DNA from: Psammoneis japonica | Lineage: Eukaryota | Length of the DNA: 27,309 bases | Reading direction: 5' to 3' | NCBI GenBank assembly: GCA_008632985.1 | Contig: QPGO01000254.1 | Location: 62,001 to 89,309, forward strand | Part shown: in pieces, positions 10,451 to 21,680 of the stretch | Position numbering within the stretch: position 1 is the stretch's first letter | Layout: every line of letters starts with the position of its first letter | Notes under the pieces: model-generated | Seen by the model: the letters and a program-made list of their open reading frames with translations, nothing else | The model's database searches: none | Told to the model about the DNA's origin: nothing | Position numbers and translations under genes: made by a program

Positions 10451-13400
10451 ATGAGTTTTGTCCTCCCGCTAGTAATGGCAGTCGTGGCACTGTTTGTCGC
10501 GTCCGCAGAAGGCAATCTACTAGGCATCGGTCAAGATTGTGTTGGTCATTCCCAATGTGAATCTGGTTTGTGTCTGAAAGGCGCTCGGAAGCTGGGAAGC
10601 TCTGGTACTTGTCAATGCAACGTTGTGACGAATGGTGGCTGTAACGATGGAAAAAACTGTACCAGTGTCCCTTCTGGAACACCGATTTGTACAGCGTGTG
10701 GCGATCCACAGGCACCCTGTATGGAGAATTGGAATCACTGTCGTGAAATGGAACTCAGTGGATGTTCTTCCATCATTGGGGATGACAAGTGCTCCGCTAG
10801 GCTTTGCTTGTGGGGACGTCGGAGACTCATTGACTCAATTGCTACTACCTATTGGAGCTCCGTGTAACTACGACGACTCTAGTTGTGAGACTGGGCGATG
10901 CTTTTTCAGCTGGACGACTCCAGTGCCGGAATGTTCCTGTGACGTGATAACGAATTTAGGATGCCCATCTGGTTCAGAATGTGCAATCAACATTGTGGAT
11001 GATGGACCTCCTTTCTGTGCCCTTCCGGATGGAACAGCCTGTGAAGAAGGGCTGCAGACAGACTGCTCGGTAAATAGCCCTACTTGCTGCAAATCTGGAA
11101 TTTGTTCCGGCGGTGTGTGTGTAGTAGCACCTCCGTCGCAACTTGGATACAGTTGTAGGGAAAACTCTGACTGCGATACGGGTTACTGCTATCACGGCGA
11201 AAAGCCTCCTTACACCGCTGGAACATGTCAGTGCAACCCGTCGAATGACGCTGGCTGTTCGGGGGATCTCAAGTGTAAATTCAGTACGATCATTGCAGAC
11301 CTTGCTCCGTTCTGTGGATATCCACTAGGCGCTACTTGTACAGTCAGTTCTGCGTTCGAGTGCGCTTCAGAAAACTGCTACAAGGGAACTTGTCACTGTA
11401 ATCCGAATTTCGTGAACACAGGATGCCTTTCAAGTCAAGAGTGCGTCGGCGATGAAACCGTTGGGTACCACTGCCAAGACCCTCCTACATTACCGGATCC
11501 TGATACTGACACCAGTCCACCTACGCTTGCTCCCGCGACCGACCCGTTACTGCCGATTGGTGCTCCGTGCGATTTCGACGACAGTGTCTGTAAAACAGGC
11601 AGATGCTTCTCCGGATATACGTCAGATTCGGTATGCTCGTGTGACGTGGAAACGAATGCGGGTTGTCCTTCTGATTTAGAATGCGCCATTAATATTATCG
11701 ATAGTGGTGGTCCTCCGCACTGTGTCATACCAGACGGTGAAGCTTGTGCAGAGGATCGGCAGGAGGATTGCTTGACAGGTACTTGTTGCAAATCAGGCGT
11801 ATGCTCCGGTGGCGTGTGCGTCGAGGCACCTCCATCCCCATTAGGATACAGTTGCAGGGAAAACTCAAACTGTGACACTGGATTTGTTATCACGGCTTCA
11901 AGCCTCCTTATACTGCTGGTTCGTGTCAGTGCAATCCGTCGACTGACGCTGGCTGCTCGGGAAATCTCGAGTGTACAGTTAGTACGGTTGTTGCAGACAT
12001 TGCTCCATTCTGTGGCTCTCCAATAGGTTCTGTTTGCACTGTCGGCTTTGATTTCCAATGTGCGTCAGAGAACTGCTTCAAGGGAATCTGTGAGTGTAAT
12101 CCGGATATGGAAAACACCGGTTGCCCTTTAAGTCAAGTTTGCGTCGTCGATGAAACCGTTGGGTACCAATGTCAAGACTCTCCTATATCACCGGCTCCTG
12201 ATGCTGACACCAGTCCACCTACGCTTGCTCCCGCGACCGACCCGTTACTGCCAATTGGTGCTCCGTGCGATTTCGACGACAGTGCTTGTGAAACAGGCAG
12301 ATGCTTCTCCGGATACACGTCAGATTCGGTATGCTCGTGCGACGTGGAAACAAATGCGGGTTGTCCCTCTGGCTTAGAATGTGCCATCAATATTGTCGAT
12401 AGCGATGGTCCTCCATTCTGTGTCATACCGGACGGGGAAGCTTGTGTGGAGGATCAGCAGACAGATTGCTTGGTAGATACTTGTTGTAAATCCGGCGTCT
12501 GCTCCGGTGGCGTGTGCGTCGAGGCGCCTCCATCCCCATTTGGATACAGTTGCAGGGACAACTCAGATTGTGACACTGGATTCTGCTATCACGGCTTTAA
12601 GCCTCCTTATACTGCTGGTTCGTGTCAGTGCAATCCGTCGACTGACGCTGGCTGCTCGGGAAATCTCGAGTGTACAGTTAGTACGGTTGTTGCAGACATT
12701 GCTCCATTCTGTGGCTCCCCAATTGGTTCTGCTTGTACTGTCGGCTTCTATTTTGAATGCGCGACAGAGAACTGCTACGCGGGAATCTGCGATTGTAATC
12801 CTAATTTGGAAAACACCGGTTGCCCTTCAAGTCAAGTTTGCGTCTCAGATGAAACCGTTGGGTACCAATGTCAAGACCCGCTTATATTACTACCGGCTCC
12901 TGATTTTAGCACCAGTCAATCGACTTCTGCTCCCGACCCTTCGACTACAACGCTGCTGCCCATTGGTGCTCCTTGCGATTTCGACGACAGTGCTTGTGAG
13001 ACAGGCAGATGCTTCTACGGATATACGTCACTAGAATCTGTATGCTCGTGCAACGTGGAAACGAATGGGGGGTGTGCGTCTAATTTGGAATGCGTCAGCA
13101 ACATTGCGGAAGACAGTGGCTCTCCATTTTGCGCCCTTCCTGATGGGGAAGTATGTGTAGCAGATCAGCAAACAGATTGCTCGTCAGGTACTTGTTGCAA
13201 ATCTGGTGTCTGTTCAGGTGGTGTATGCGTGCCAGCACCACCATTGCCATTTGGGTCAAGCTGTCGCGACAACACCAATTGCGATACGGGGTATTGTTAC
13301 CACGGCTACAAGCCTCCAGATACTCCTGGCTCGTGCCGGTGCAACCCGTCGACCGACGTTGGCTGCTCAGGCGACCTTAAGTGCACATTTAGCACCCTTT

Positions 13401-14631
13401 TATCGGATTTCGCTCCGTTCTGTGGTTCTCCAATTGGTTCGACTTGTAACACGGAGGCTGAGTTTGAATGCGCATCAGAGAATTGCTTTATGGGAACCTG
13501 TCAGTGTAATCCGAATTTCGTGAACACAGGATGCCTTTCAGGTCAAGTTTGCGTCGGCGTTGAAACCGTTGGATACCAATGCCAAGACCCACCTACATTA
13601 CCGGCTCCTGATGCTAACAACAGTCAGCCTACGCCTTCACCTGCACCTGACCCGTTGAATACTACATTGCTACTGCCCATTGGCGCTCCATGTGATTTCG
13701 ACGACAGTGTCTGTGAGACGGGCCGATGCTTCTCTGGATATACGTCAGAATCGGTTTGCTCGTGCGATGTGGGAACCAATGCAGGATGTCCTTCTGGTTC
13801 CGAATGTGTTATTAACGTTTCGGAATATGATGGTTCTCCATTCTGCGCCCTTCCGGATGGAACAGCATGTGTAGCAGATCAGCAAATAGATTGCTCTTCA
13901 GGTAATTGTTGCAAATCTGGCGTCTGCTCAGGTGGTGTATGCACGCCAGCACCACCGTCGCCCTTTGGGTCAAGCTGTCGAGACAGCACCGATTGCGATA
14001 CGGGGTATTGTTTCCACGGCTTCAAGCCTCCAGATACTCCTGGCTCGTGTCAATGCAACCCGTCGACCGATGCTGGCTGCTCAGACGATCTCAAGTGCAC
14101 ATTCAGCTCCTTATTCTTGGATTTTGCTCCATTCTGTGGTTATCAAATTGGTTCTACTTGTAGCACGGACGCTGAGTTTGAATGCGCATCCGAAATTGCT
14201 TCATGGGAACCTGTCAGTGTAATCCGAATTTCGTAAACACCGGATGCTTTTCAAATCAAGTTTGCGTCGGCGATGGAACCGCTGGGTACCAATGCCATGA
14301 CGTTGTTTCCCAACCAGCTCAGGAAGCTGGATCCATTTCACCTTCACAGGCTCCTGTTTTCATCTCGGAGGTACCTACACTATCAGTTGAATCAAACGTA
14401 CCTTCTGACATGCCTACAAAGGCTCAATCCAATGTACCTACAAGTGCACCTGTTTCGACATCCGTTGCACCTACACAAGTTGGTTCCAGTGCACCTTCAC
14501 CTTCGTCATTTTCTATCACAAAGACAGCGAACAATCTAGGTATTGATGACGAATCGGCAGCCCCGTCAAGTTCTACCATCTTGTTTGGATGCACTTTTTC
14601 CATTTGCTGTGCCATTTTCTTTCTAGCCTAA
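10451..14631 (+). CDS. Large secreted Cys-repeat protein 2 (~1393 aa after repairing frameshifts at ~10780-10793, ~11884 and ~14194); five 30-Cys units; Ser/Pro/Thr stalk; GPI-like tail
   Basis: Signal peptide MSFVLPLVMAVVALFVASAEG; sister units show exactly which base is missing at 11883-11885 and 14193-14195; tail ILFGCTFSICCAIFFLA. Confidence 0.87.
10842..14300 (+). repeat. Five intragenic tandem units of ~700-717 bp
   Basis: Units begin with LLPIGAPC at ~10842, 11547, 12245, 12953 and 13670. Confidence 0.92.
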
Positions 14632-14887
14632 GTAGGTACAAGGTGCGATTCAATCGCATCAATAGAGTTTATTCATTATTCATAAGACAGTATAGCAGAT
14701 GGATTGCTTTTCCAACGTAGTCCCTAGCGATGATTTTCATGGACGCATGTGAAATAGCGAATTGAGCATAGAATAGAAAACCAAATGGGATTTCATTTTG
14801 TTCCTCAGCCGTGATATGAACCTCTGGAGGGGCTGCTTTTACACATATTTCCTAGAACGAGGTTTGAACGAGTCCTTTTGTTTGTCC

Positions 14888-16534
14888 CTAGGTGGCAATG
14901 CCCGGTGTCACACGCTCTTCTCGCGTACGTTCAATCCCAACAAACTTCAAAAGCACCTGTTCAATCCAAGGATTGGTGTCGCCCAATTTTAGTTTCAACA
15001 AAAAGTATTTTTCGAAAAGTACTTTGGATAGCCACGAGACAAATCCATTGTCGACCGTTACGTCAATCGATCGTGGTGATATTTGAGGAACCGTAAGAAA
15101 AATGGCGCCTTCGCCGCCACCAAAATCCGTTATACACAATCCATGCAAGGAGGGCTTACTCGTCAGTTTCACTTTACCCCGCTCTTCCTTTTTGTTTTTG
15201 GATTCTTCAATCAAGCGATCAATATTGTGAACAACGGCGGTACCCATGCTTTCAATCATGTATCTAGAAATGCAAAAGCAAGGAGTACATTGTGAGTGAA
15301 AAACGAGCAAACGACAGTATACGAAATGTGCACGGACAACACAAAACTACACATACCCAGTCTTTGGCACGCCAAGAGCTACGGGAGTATCGAATGACGG
15401 GAGTCTGGATAAGTGAACACACACTCCGACTGCAAAAATGTTATCAAAGGCTTTGGATTGCTGGTGATCATTCACCAACACCAGACCTTTTTCATCGGTC
15501 AGACCGGGAACGGACTTCCAAACGTCGTATCCACGAAAGGGTGGAATCAACATGGTCAATCGGCTAGTCAACTTGGCGTCCTTGATGACCTTGCCGGTTT
15601 TCTTGTGCAATTCTTGAACGTGAACACTGTCGGGTTCCACCTTTTTCACTCGAGAATTCGCCATGTACTCGACATTGTGCCGACCCAACGTTTCAATCAA
15701 GACATTACGAGAATTTCCAGCTCCATCCAAACCCAAATGACCAATGTACGGTTCGGGCGTGACAAAGGTCATGGGGCATTGATCGACCAAGGATTGCCCC
15801 CCGGCCTCCTTTAGGGCATTTTGTAACAAAAAGGCGTATTCATAGGCGGGTCCAAAACACGATGCACCCTGTGTCGCACCCACCACGACGGGTCCGGGTT
15901 GCGCAATCAATCGTTGCAACGCCGTGGCAGCGTCTTGGGCGTGGGGAGTGGTACAAACCGATTTTCCCGATTCCTTCATGCCAGTTATTTCTTCAAAGGC
16001 CAACCGTGGACCCGTGGCAATGACCAAGTAGTCATAATCGACAATCGTCGTTTGCTTGTTATTGTCAGTCAATGTCAATTGCTGTCGTTTCGGATCCAAC
16101 CTTTGTGCACGGCCATGCACAAACTCAATGCCGTGTTTGGGAAGAAGCTCTTGCAAATTTAGTTGAATATCCTTTGGTTCTCTCGTCTTGACGGCCACCC
16201 ACGGATTGCTCGGTGTAAAGCTGAAAATGTCTCGATCGGAAACGACAATCACCTCAACTTTGGTTCCAAGTTCGTTGCGCGCATCCAAGGCGGTGGACAA
16301 GCCACCCACGCCACCACCCACCACCACCAATCGTGGTCGTCGTCGTTTTTCAAATGAATCGTTTCTTGCCGACATTGACAAAGCGCTGTGCATCGGATTT
16401 TTCGGAACGATCCGTCTAGACACAAAGGGGCTTGTTGTTTTCAAAGAAACGGGTTGTGCCGAAAAGGCCGTAACGACGACTGGGCTTTCCTTGGAAATCG
16501 GAAGGAGTAGTGAACAAAGGAAGAAGAGATTCAT
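14888..16534 (-). CDS. sqr: Sulfide:quinone oxidoreductase, type I (SqrA-like), with putative bipartite plastid presequence; intron 15264-15356
   Basis: VVVGGGVGG, FTPSNPWV, LVIATGP, SVCTTPHA, GASCFGPAYE, EPYIGHLGL, VPKTG|YMIESM (joined across a GTATGT...TCTAG intron), LCITDFG, FEKYFL. Confidence 0.92.
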
Positions 16535-17007
16535 GTTGAGCTGTTTTTGAGAAAGGTAGTTTTGTTTGTGAGAACATGAACGAAGCTGATCGGCACGAGA
16601 GGGTTCGCATCAAAGGCCAAAAAATGAGGGACCGTGTCACGTTTTCGGAGAAAATGTGAGACCCTAATTTCTCCGTTTTATCCATTTCTTTAATTATGTC
16701 TAAAAGCTAATGTTTTTAGTCGTGATCGCTAGTCACGAATCAATCCATGACCAGCGAGAACCGATCGATCTTCGCGCGACTTTCAGACTGCGCCCGTTCA
16801 AAGTTCACACGTCCCTTTTTTCTCTTGCTTCAAAACAAACCAACAGCGACGGTGTTGCAGCAGCCGCAGCAACAACGAACAGCGTCACGTCTCATCAAGA
16901 ACAAAAAGCCGCCATAGGTTGACACAATTTCTCAGAGTCTACTGGTGACTGTCCTTGAGGAAATACCCTACAAAAAGTGTTAAGAGGAATTTTTATTGTG
17001 TCTTACC

Positions 17008-19140
17008 ATGAATTTGCAGCATCTCCCCGCTACCCTCCTCATTGTTGTTGCTCTCCTCTCAACAACAACAACAGTTTTTGCTCAAGAGCCCATTGGATCG
17101 GTATGTCGACAAGATTCTGATTGTGAAACGAGAGCTTGCTTTTTTGGTTTTGAAAACGAAGGAGTTTGTACCTGCAACACGGATACAAACCAAGGCTGCT
17201 CCAGTCCTGCGACTTGCAGTATTGACATTTCACAGCCAAGTCCGGCACTGCCTCCGTTCTGTGCCTTGCAAGAGGGACAGCCTTGTGATTTACAACAACA
17301 AGGATCCGATTGTTTCTTGACAGAACAATGTTGCAAGGGCAAATGTAGCACCGACGGAGGAATTTGTAAAGCATATATTCCTCGACCGATTGGAGAAACA
17401 TGCGGCATAGCTTCGGATTGTGATTCTAATTTTTGTTTTCGATCCATTCAACCTGCCGATACACCGGGACGTTGTCAATGCAATGTCAATACCAATGCGG
17501 GTTGTCCTCCCAATGAGAATCGCACGTGTCAATTTTTTGAATTCTTTGCCGATGGACCTCCGGCCTGTGCGCTTCCCATGGGTGCCGCGTGCAATGACAC
17601 AAGAGCGTTGGATTGTGACACGACGGTTTGTTGGAATGGGACCTGTCAGTGCAACATCAACTTGGTCAATTTGGGATGTACGGGTGATGACGTTTGTGTT
17701 GGTGACGAAGAGGTGGGGTATACCTGTAAGGATACGTCCGAACCGGTTGGTGAACTCTTGCCGATTGGAGCGGCTTGCCAAGAAAAGTCAGAATGCGTTA
17801 GCGACTTTTGCTTTGTTGGTTTTGGAGACGGCGGCGTGTGTACGTGCAACCCGCGGCTCAATACTGGATGCAATACTGGAACCGAGTGTGTTGTTGGTAT
17901 TTCCGAATCATCGTCAGCTGTCCCTCCCTATTGTGCTCTCCCAGATGGTGCTGCGTGTAGTGAACCGGCTGTAGATACCGAGTGCTTTCTTCAAGACGGT
18001 GGTTGTTGCCGAGGAAGTTGTTTGCAGGATGGAACCTGTGAAACAATCTCCAATTTACCGTTTGGATCTCCATGTCGCATTAATACAGACTGTGAAAGCA
18101 ATGTTTGCTTTTATGGCTTGATCCCTCCCGGCTCGCCGGGAAGCTGTCAATGCAATGTAGATACCAACGTTGGTTGTACGGGTGGTCGTACGTGTACATT
18201 TGTGGAGACTGTGATGGATGCACCAGCCTTTTGTGGATTACCTATTGGGGCAAGTTGTGATGCTGAAAATCCATTGGACTGCAGTTCAACTCAGTGCTTC
18301 AACGGAACATGCCAATGCCACAAGGACTTCAACGCCGGTTGTGCGGAAGGGCAGGTTTGTGTGGGTGATGAAAATACCGGGTATACCTGTAACGACGATA
18401 CGTCCGAGCCAGGAGAAGGCTCACCGATTGGATCAGTATGCAAACAAAACATGGATTGTTTAAGCGATAATTGCTTTTTTGGTTTTGGAGACGGCGGCGT
18501 TTGTTCGTGCAACACAAGGCTCAACACCGGATGCAATAGTGCGACCGAGTGTGTTGCTGGCATTTCTGAATCAAGGGCAACTGTGCCTCCCTATTGTGCT
18601 CTTCCGGACGGTGCTGCCTGTCAGCCACCTGCTCCAGATACCGAGTGTTTTCTTCAGGATGGCTGTTGCCGAGGAAGTTGTTTGCAGAACGGGACTTGCG
18701 AAACAGTTTCTGCTTTATTACCGGTCGGTTCAACATGTCGCGAAGATGCTGACTGTGAAAGCAATGCTTGCTTTTTTGGCTTGGTCCCTCCTGGTACACC
18801 AGGAAACTGCCAATGCAACCTGGACACCAACGATGGTTGCACCAGTGGCCGCACCTGTACTGTCTTGCAGTTTTTGCCAGACGCGCCTCCCTTTTGCGGC
18901 TTGCCGGTCGGGGCAACGTGCGATCCTGAAATTACCCTTGACTGTAGTACAACTCGGTGCTTCGAAGGCACATGCCAATGCCTTGAGGAATTCAACGCGG
19001 GGTGTAGTGAAGGACAAGTTTGTGTTGGAGACGAAAGCACGGGCTATTCATGCACCTCGACGTCCGCAACCGCCACTCTTCGTCCTACAAGCTATCTCCT
19101 GTTTCTATGTGTTTGTTTGGCAATGATAATAATTATGTAA
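17008..19140 (+). CDS. Secreted Cys-repeat protein 3 (710 aa, intact); three 30-Cys units; GPI-like or TM tail
   Basis: Signal peptide ending TVFA|QEP; units start at ~17089, 17761 and 18424; tail YLLFLCVCLAMIIIM. Confidence 0.9.
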   Translation: MNLQHLPATLLIVVALLSTTTTVFAQEPIGSVCRQDSDCETRACFFGFENEGVCTCNTDTNQGCSSPATCSIDISQPSPALPPFCALQEGQPCDLQQQGSDCFLTEQCCKGKCSTDGGICKAYIPRPIGETCGIASDCDSNFCFRSIQPADTPGRCQCNVNTNAGCPPNENRTCQFFEFFADGPPACALPMGAACNDTRALDCDTTVCWNGTCQCNINLVNLGCTGDDVCVGDEEVGYTCKDTSEPVGELLPIGAACQEKSECVSDFCFVGFGDGGVCTCNPRLNTGCNTGTECVVGISESSSAVPPYCALPDGAACSEPAVDTECFLQDGGCCRGSCLQDGTCETISNLPFGSPCRINTDCESNVCFYGLIPPGSPGSCQCNVDTNVGCTGGRTCTFVETVMDAPAFCGLPIGASCDAENPLDCSSTQCFNGTCQCHKDFNAGCAEGQVCVGDENTGYTCNDDTSEPGEGSPIGSVCKQNMDCLSDNCFFGFGDGGVCSCNTRLNTGCNSATECVAGISESRATVPPYCALPDGAACQPPAPDTECFLQDGCCRGSCLQNGTCETVSALLPVGSTCREDADCESNACFFGLVPPGTPGNCQCNLDTNDGCTSGRTCTVLQFLPDAPPFCGLPVGATCDPEITLDCSTTRCFEGTCQCLEEFNAGCSEGQVCVGDESTGYSCTSTSATATLRPTSYLLFLCVCLAMIIIM

Positions 19141-19575
19141 ATCTGATCTGAGATCTGACGCTACTTAAATGTTCCCGCAGTAGGACCTTCTGCTCTACTC
19201 TCTAGAGCTAGTAGCTAGAGCTGTTGCGCCCCGTACAAACTTTCCGGGTGATGGCTGCGACAGATAGCTTGCGATCTTTCGCGCCTCAACTTTCTACGAG
19301 AAATTCACGTACATCTTCTACGTTCTAACGATCCAGTTGACACCTCCGAACCCTGAATCCATCAAAGCAATCAGAACATCGCGTGTTGATCCTTCTTTAC
19401 GATTGCTGTGCAGTTTTCCGTGATGACGGGAAAAAAACATCAGTATTTTGGGTTGCGATAGGATTGCTCGACACAATAAAATCATCTGTTCGGATCGAAT
19501 CACCTTTCATTGACTATAATATTTTAAAGTGAAACAAAGGCTTAACCCTCCGCAACATAAAGCGAGAGAAGATAT

Positions 19576-21680
19576 ATGACATCAACCGTGATGGGACGCG
19601 ATGAAAGCTTGAAGTGTCGATCGGGTGTGACACCCACGCGACGAAACGCTCTCCACCAGGCTGATTTGGAGTGGGCTTCACGCGGTGATGGTTGGTGGAG
19701 TCCGTTGTACCAGGCATTTGTCAATTTCATAATGTTGATCACCTTGATACCACTCAATGTGCTGATCCTTCTTCTCGCGGCCTGGCCACTAGTTTTGAGC
19801 TATCGCATGAAGGTAATGTCCCTTGATTCCATTCTTTACCTGATCTTGACGTATGTGTTTGCGCGGGTAGTGCTACTATACCTTCAGCCCGACGAGGATC
19901 CAAAGGACAGTGTTCCTCCAAAAGAGAAACTAACAGTTGCTGTGATCGGTGCGGGCCCAGGTACGTAATCGACTTCAACGCGTCACCTTCTACAACTCGC
20001 ATATCTCACTGGCACGTCTTCTGCTGCTACTTTTTGAAAGCTGGTTTGGTGACAGCCAAAGAGTTGATTGCCGAAGGTCATGTACCCGTGGTCTTTGAAC
20101 AGAGCTCTGCCATTGGCGGAGTCTGGCAGCGAACTGGAAAGCAGTGCGGCCGAGGACAAGCTCTTGCAAACACAATGACCTCAAGCTCAGCATTAAACAC
20201 GGCCTTTTCGGACTTTCCCATTCAAGCCGAGTATCCAGGACCAGATCCCTACTTTGCGAGTCAAGAAGCCTTCATGGACTATCTTTCAAGGTATGCCAAG
20301 TACTTTGGAGTTGATCAGTACGTCAAACTCAACACGAGTGTGAAGGAAGTTACAAAGATGAAGGACGGGCGATGGCAGATCAAGACGGTGCAGACAAGCA
20401 GCAAAGTCGAAAATGTGCAGGAGTTTGACAAAGTAGCTGTCTGCTCTGGGCAAACAGCTGTTCCAAGGATTATTAAGTTTGAGGGTCAGGATAATTTCAA
20501 AGGAAACATTATCCATTCGTCCGAGCTTTTTGATGAAGACGATTTTGAAAGGTTCAGAGACAAACGGGTCTTGGTGGTTGGAGGCGGGGAGACCGCGTCA
20601 GATGTTGTCTTGGATCTCTGTGACAAGGTAAACGTTTGTGACGTGTCACTCCGAAATCCGCTTCAAGTTCTACCGCGGAGCATGTGGGGACTTCCACCTG
20701 ACTATTACGAGACCCGTGTTCTCTATCAAGCACCTCGTTTTGCTCGCTGGGCAACCTACAAGCTCGTCATAGTGACCACCGCCTTCTTCAACAACGCGTT
20801 TGCTCGTCAGTATGGAGGCAAAATGCTTTGGGCTCCATCCATCTGGTGGAACCTACGGTTACTCTTCACCAAAAAATACATATCTGAATGCTTGACAGGT
20901 GTGAGAACGATTTGCTCATCGGTCCAAACCACCAAGAGCGACAACCTTGTCTTTGCGCTGAGTCAGAACAAAGAGAAGTGCAGCATTCGAAGTGGTGTCA
21001 AATGCATCAACAATGATGGAGCGGTTGTTCTGGATGACGGCAGCATACAGCAGTACGATGCCATTCTGCTAATGACGGGATATCAGCCGTCAAAGTTTCC
21101 ATTCCTTCCGAAAGCGCACATGACAAATAAGGTATGTGAACGGTATCTTGGAGTATTCCACCCGGATCTTCGAGACATGGCATTCATTGGCTTTATGCGA
21201 GGACAAGTGGGCTCCCTCATTATGGGTTTTGAAATGCAGGCACGCTGGTTTGCCTTGATATGTTCCAAGAAGAGAAACCTTATCAGTGAGGTAGAGATGC
21301 AAGCCCATATATGCGAGTCAGCGAGGACTCATTACTGTTACAACGCCACGTCAGGTGTCTGGTTTTATACAAACTATCTTGCTCGCCACTGCGTCGGCTG
21401 CGAGCCAAACTTCGTGAGGTTCTTCTTGCATGCTCCTGTGGCCTGTGTCAAGGCTTACTGCTCCCAATTTGCCGCATACCAGTTTCGAATGCGTGGCCCT
21501 CACTCCGACCCTCAGTCAGTGGTGGATGGTTATGCTCTTTCCGACGGTATCATCTACATGCTACCCGCCTGGCACTGTCTCGATCTCTTGTGGGTACTTC
21601 AGGGCTTTTGCTTTGAGGTCTGGGGTCTGATTCCGGGTCTAGCAGTGTATCTGGCACCGCTTTTGAGTCAATGGACCTGA
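19576..21680 (+). CDS. Flavin-containing monooxygenase (class B FMO, ~674 aa) with N-terminal membrane extension; intron 19961-20040
   Basis: VAVIGAGP|AGL across a GTACGT...GAAAG intron; GGVW; FMO signature FKGNIIHSSELF; NADPH site VVGGGETASD; TGY; EMQARW. Confidence 0.92.

Noticed and set aside
10842..14300. CRISPR-like or transposon repeat array
   Set aside because: The repeats are in-frame coding units of one protein with no unique spacers.
14644..14658. TGCGATTCAATCGCA inverted repeat after the gene 2 stop
   Set aside because: A 7-bp stem with a 1-nt loop is expected by chance, and bacterial terminators are irrelevant here.
14888..16534. Bacterial contamination as the source of the SQR
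   Set aside because: It has a canonical spliceosomal intron and a eukaryotic presequence, and sits among eukaryotic genes.
6432..19040. Many antisense and alternate-frame ORFs over the Cys-rich, FG-GAP and SQR genes
   Set aside because: Shadows of the real coding frames with no independent motifs.
5945..19140. Calling the Cys-rich proteins frustulins
   Set aside because: They lack the frustulin C.GDCD...CFQR...VPGC signature.
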